DNA of 63,787 nt, the filler included, from Collodictyon triciliatum (taxonomy: Eukaryota): assembly GCA_043381765.1 (NCBI GenBank). It is 8 parts of 8 records of this genome, joined end to end, with 100 filler letters (N's around TTAATTAATTAA, not from the genome) between each part and the next. Parts side by side here need not be neighbours in the genome. Positions count along the whole stretch, not along the records: positions 59,048 to 63,787 come from JBHJMP010000625.1; 7 more parts are not named here. The stretch is one strand, 5' to 3'. This document shows positions 61,554-63,787 of the stretch, piece after piece. The stretch's first letter is position 1, and the number at the start of each line of letters is the position of its first letter. The translations under genes were made by a program, and so were the position numbers. Below the pieces are notes generated by a model. It was not told where the DNA came from, did not search any database, and saw only the letters and a list, made by a program, of their open reading frames with translations.

Positions 61554-63612
61554 GGGGGGGGGGGGGGAAGGAGGAGGAGGAAAAAGGAAAAATCACAAAC
61601 TATTCATATCTTAAAAACTCACATGGACAGCTTGAACATACTGCTTCATGATTTTAGGAGAATCTGTCAGAGGAGGAGGAGGGGGTTTTATCAAAGAGCT
61701 TATTGCTGCGTTGCGGAGAATTGACTTTGTGACTGCATTTGCAGCTTCTTGTTTTGTCTTTAGTACCAAAAGTAAATAAGATAAGGAAAAAGTTAATCAG
61801 TAATCATATAGTCAAAAATATGAGCATTCGTGGTTCAAAAATATTTCTATAAAAAAATTAATTAAAAAAATTCAAACACGTTGAAAAACCTTTGTGCTGA
61901 ACAATTTTTCGAATCCTTTAGAATTTTTCCCATTGGCGTTAGGAAAATCTATTGAATGTCTTATAGTAGGGTCATATATAGACTTCTTTCTGGACATCCC
62001 TCTTCTATTATTTTTCTTGAAAGATATTTGATTTTTTAATTTAATAAGCATATGAGTGTTCTGGTCTGTCTAAATATATTATTTCTGTGATATGTGCAAA
62101 AGATTTATTTTCTTTATCATTTTGTAAGAAAACACTTTCTACTTCAGTAAAACAAAGGGAGATTGATAATGCACTCTGGTTATATGAAAGCATTGAGAGG
62201 ATGAATACCATATCCATTATATCAACGAAATTGCTTGCAGCTTGCTCGGCATTGAGGACCTGTTGTGATAATATTAATTTCAATTCCTTCGGAACCATGC
62301 ATTATTGTCATATATATATATAATTTTTGTTGAAATCGTTTTTGTGAGCTTGCAATTGCCATGCTCATTTTTTGGTTTTGGTTTTTTTTTTTTTGGGTTT
62401 GTTTGGTTTGTTTTTTCGATTAGTGCACAGGGAGGTTCTGGCCAAATAACTTCTATCTTACTACTATATCCGTTGTTTTTAAAAGAAAAATGATGAATCT
62501 ATGAGAGACCCATGAATTTATACCGAGCGTTGGTGTCTTGCTATAGGTAAGATTACTTCTCTACTCTGTTCGTAGGTTTTCATATCCCATATCCGAATAG
62601 ATGAGTCTCGACTATGATAAAAAAAAAAACGCGTGTTTTTAAAAATAAATTCTCATAGGTATTTATATTTAGCCTATCACAGAGTAAGCATGAATACAAG
62701 AATATGTATTTCTTGAGCCTAGAAGGGCATGTCCAAATAGGCTGCCACATCCATAAAGCATGACAAACCAGCATGTGAGATATGCATGTAACTCTGGAAC
62801 TACAATCACTCTATCAACAACAGCCGAGTGTACGAATTCAACTCCGACTTCCGGGAATGATAATATGTATCTCTAAAGTAAGAGGGCCGGGTGTGTTTGT
62901 GAATATTGAACAGCTAATGCAAAAAAAAAAAAAAAAAAATTGCATGAGGCAGCACATATAAATATTGATTTTCTACAGTAGATTCTGAACCCCTTATTAG
63001 AAGAAAAAGAAAGAGATACATACTCCTTTGGAATTGACAAGGTCGGTTATGCTTGTTTTGTATCTACTGTATAAAAATGATACGAAATCATTATATGTTA
63101 CAAATCCACACCCAGACGAATCTACAGCATGAAAGCTTTGAACTATCTCCGTAACTCGAAGTATTGTAGCCCGTGCAATAGTAATAACGAACTGGCGGTA
63201 ATGTAAGAGGAAATGTTTATACATAATGCATATATTGTTTGGTCCAATTTCATATAGATACAGTAAAATTTTCTTTTCTGATAATATGGAAGCAAAAATA
63301 ACAAAAAATACTACTTCAAGCAATACAAGCTTTCCTTCTGGATTCCTCTTGTAAAACTCTGCTTGAACTTTTTCAAGATCTTTTAACCTCATTTCGGATA
63401 GTCTAAAAAAATGGTAGTAACCCACTCAAAAATGATTGTTGGAAAGGTAGAACTTCTAAACGAGAGATATTGAGAATATGTATCGTAGTGATTCCAAACC
63501 CCAGTCCAGCAATATCTTCAAATGAGTATTTGAAACACAAATATGGAGGTTTAATTGACTGTTTTTACCGTTTTGGTCTTTCATCCTTCATTGAATTATC
63601 CAATGATCGAAC
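59150..63612 (-). CDS. EF-hand plus WD40 protein (WDR49/WDR64/EFCAB8/WDY-like), partial
   Basis: EF-hand SFHAVDSSGCGFVTYNDFVSFL; WD40-like exons MVSSANDGTVCFID, GITCLAHSAKLNLVCGGSSDGKMYTFWE, IQAHESIVIGVVFSDAHNMLITASSSK|ELKIWDTRSFLCLQTL. Confidence 0.75.
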
Positions 63613-63787
63613 TGGTATGATACCATTTAACAACCATTAAAATAATAAAGCGAGTTAGATTGCCCATATTATTGTTTTATTGTTTTATTGTTTTATTGTT
63701 TTATTGTTTTATTGTTTTATTGTTTTATTGTTTTATTGTTTTATTGTTTTATTGTTTTATTGTTTTATTGTTTTATTGTTTTATTGT

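Noticed and set aside
63403-63425. 23-nt ultra-short intron in the EF-hand/WD40 gene
   Set aside because: A phase-compatible donor near 63567 gives a normal intron of about 165 nt to the same acceptor.
33454-63612. Apparent cluster of ciliary genes (ODA-DC2, AK9-like, EF-hand/WD40)
   Set aside because: They lie on different scaffolds separated by artificial spacers.

Overview
This is eukaryotic nuclear DNA from an intron-dense, microsatellite-rich organism, probably a flagellated protist (it carries an outer-dynein-arm docking subunit, an AK9-like gene and an EF-hand/WD40 ciliary-type gene); I cannot identify the species. The window is not one locus. It is eight short scaffolds joined by an artificial N44-TTAATTAATTAA-N44 spacer, and each scaffold breaks at a simple repeat. 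Most ORF-track entries are repeat or N artefacts, so I reconstructed the genes by hand as phase-compatible spliced exon chains. Genes found: RCC1-PB1(-WD40) protein, coiled-coil protein, RanBP2 zinc-finger protein, SHIP-like inositol 5-phosphatase, a 17-exon bacterial-dynamin-like (BDLP/Fzo-type) GTPase, LRR protein, SEC-C-motif protein, 2-Cys peroxiredoxin, PH/coiled-coil protein, PP2C (last exon), ODA-DC2/CCDC114 with an apparently nested same-strand 7TM receptor, EF-hand-like plus AK9-like protein, exportin-5, adenosine deaminase (3' end) and an EF-hand/WD40 protein. I recognised no rRNA, tRNA, CRISPR array or intact mobile element. The best candidates for novelty are the intron-containing BDLP-like gene with degenerate G motifs, the nested GPCR, the RCC1-PB1-WD40 fusion, the eukaryotic SEC-C protein and the EF-hand/AK9 fusion. 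All family assignments come from motif recognition by eye; no searches were run.
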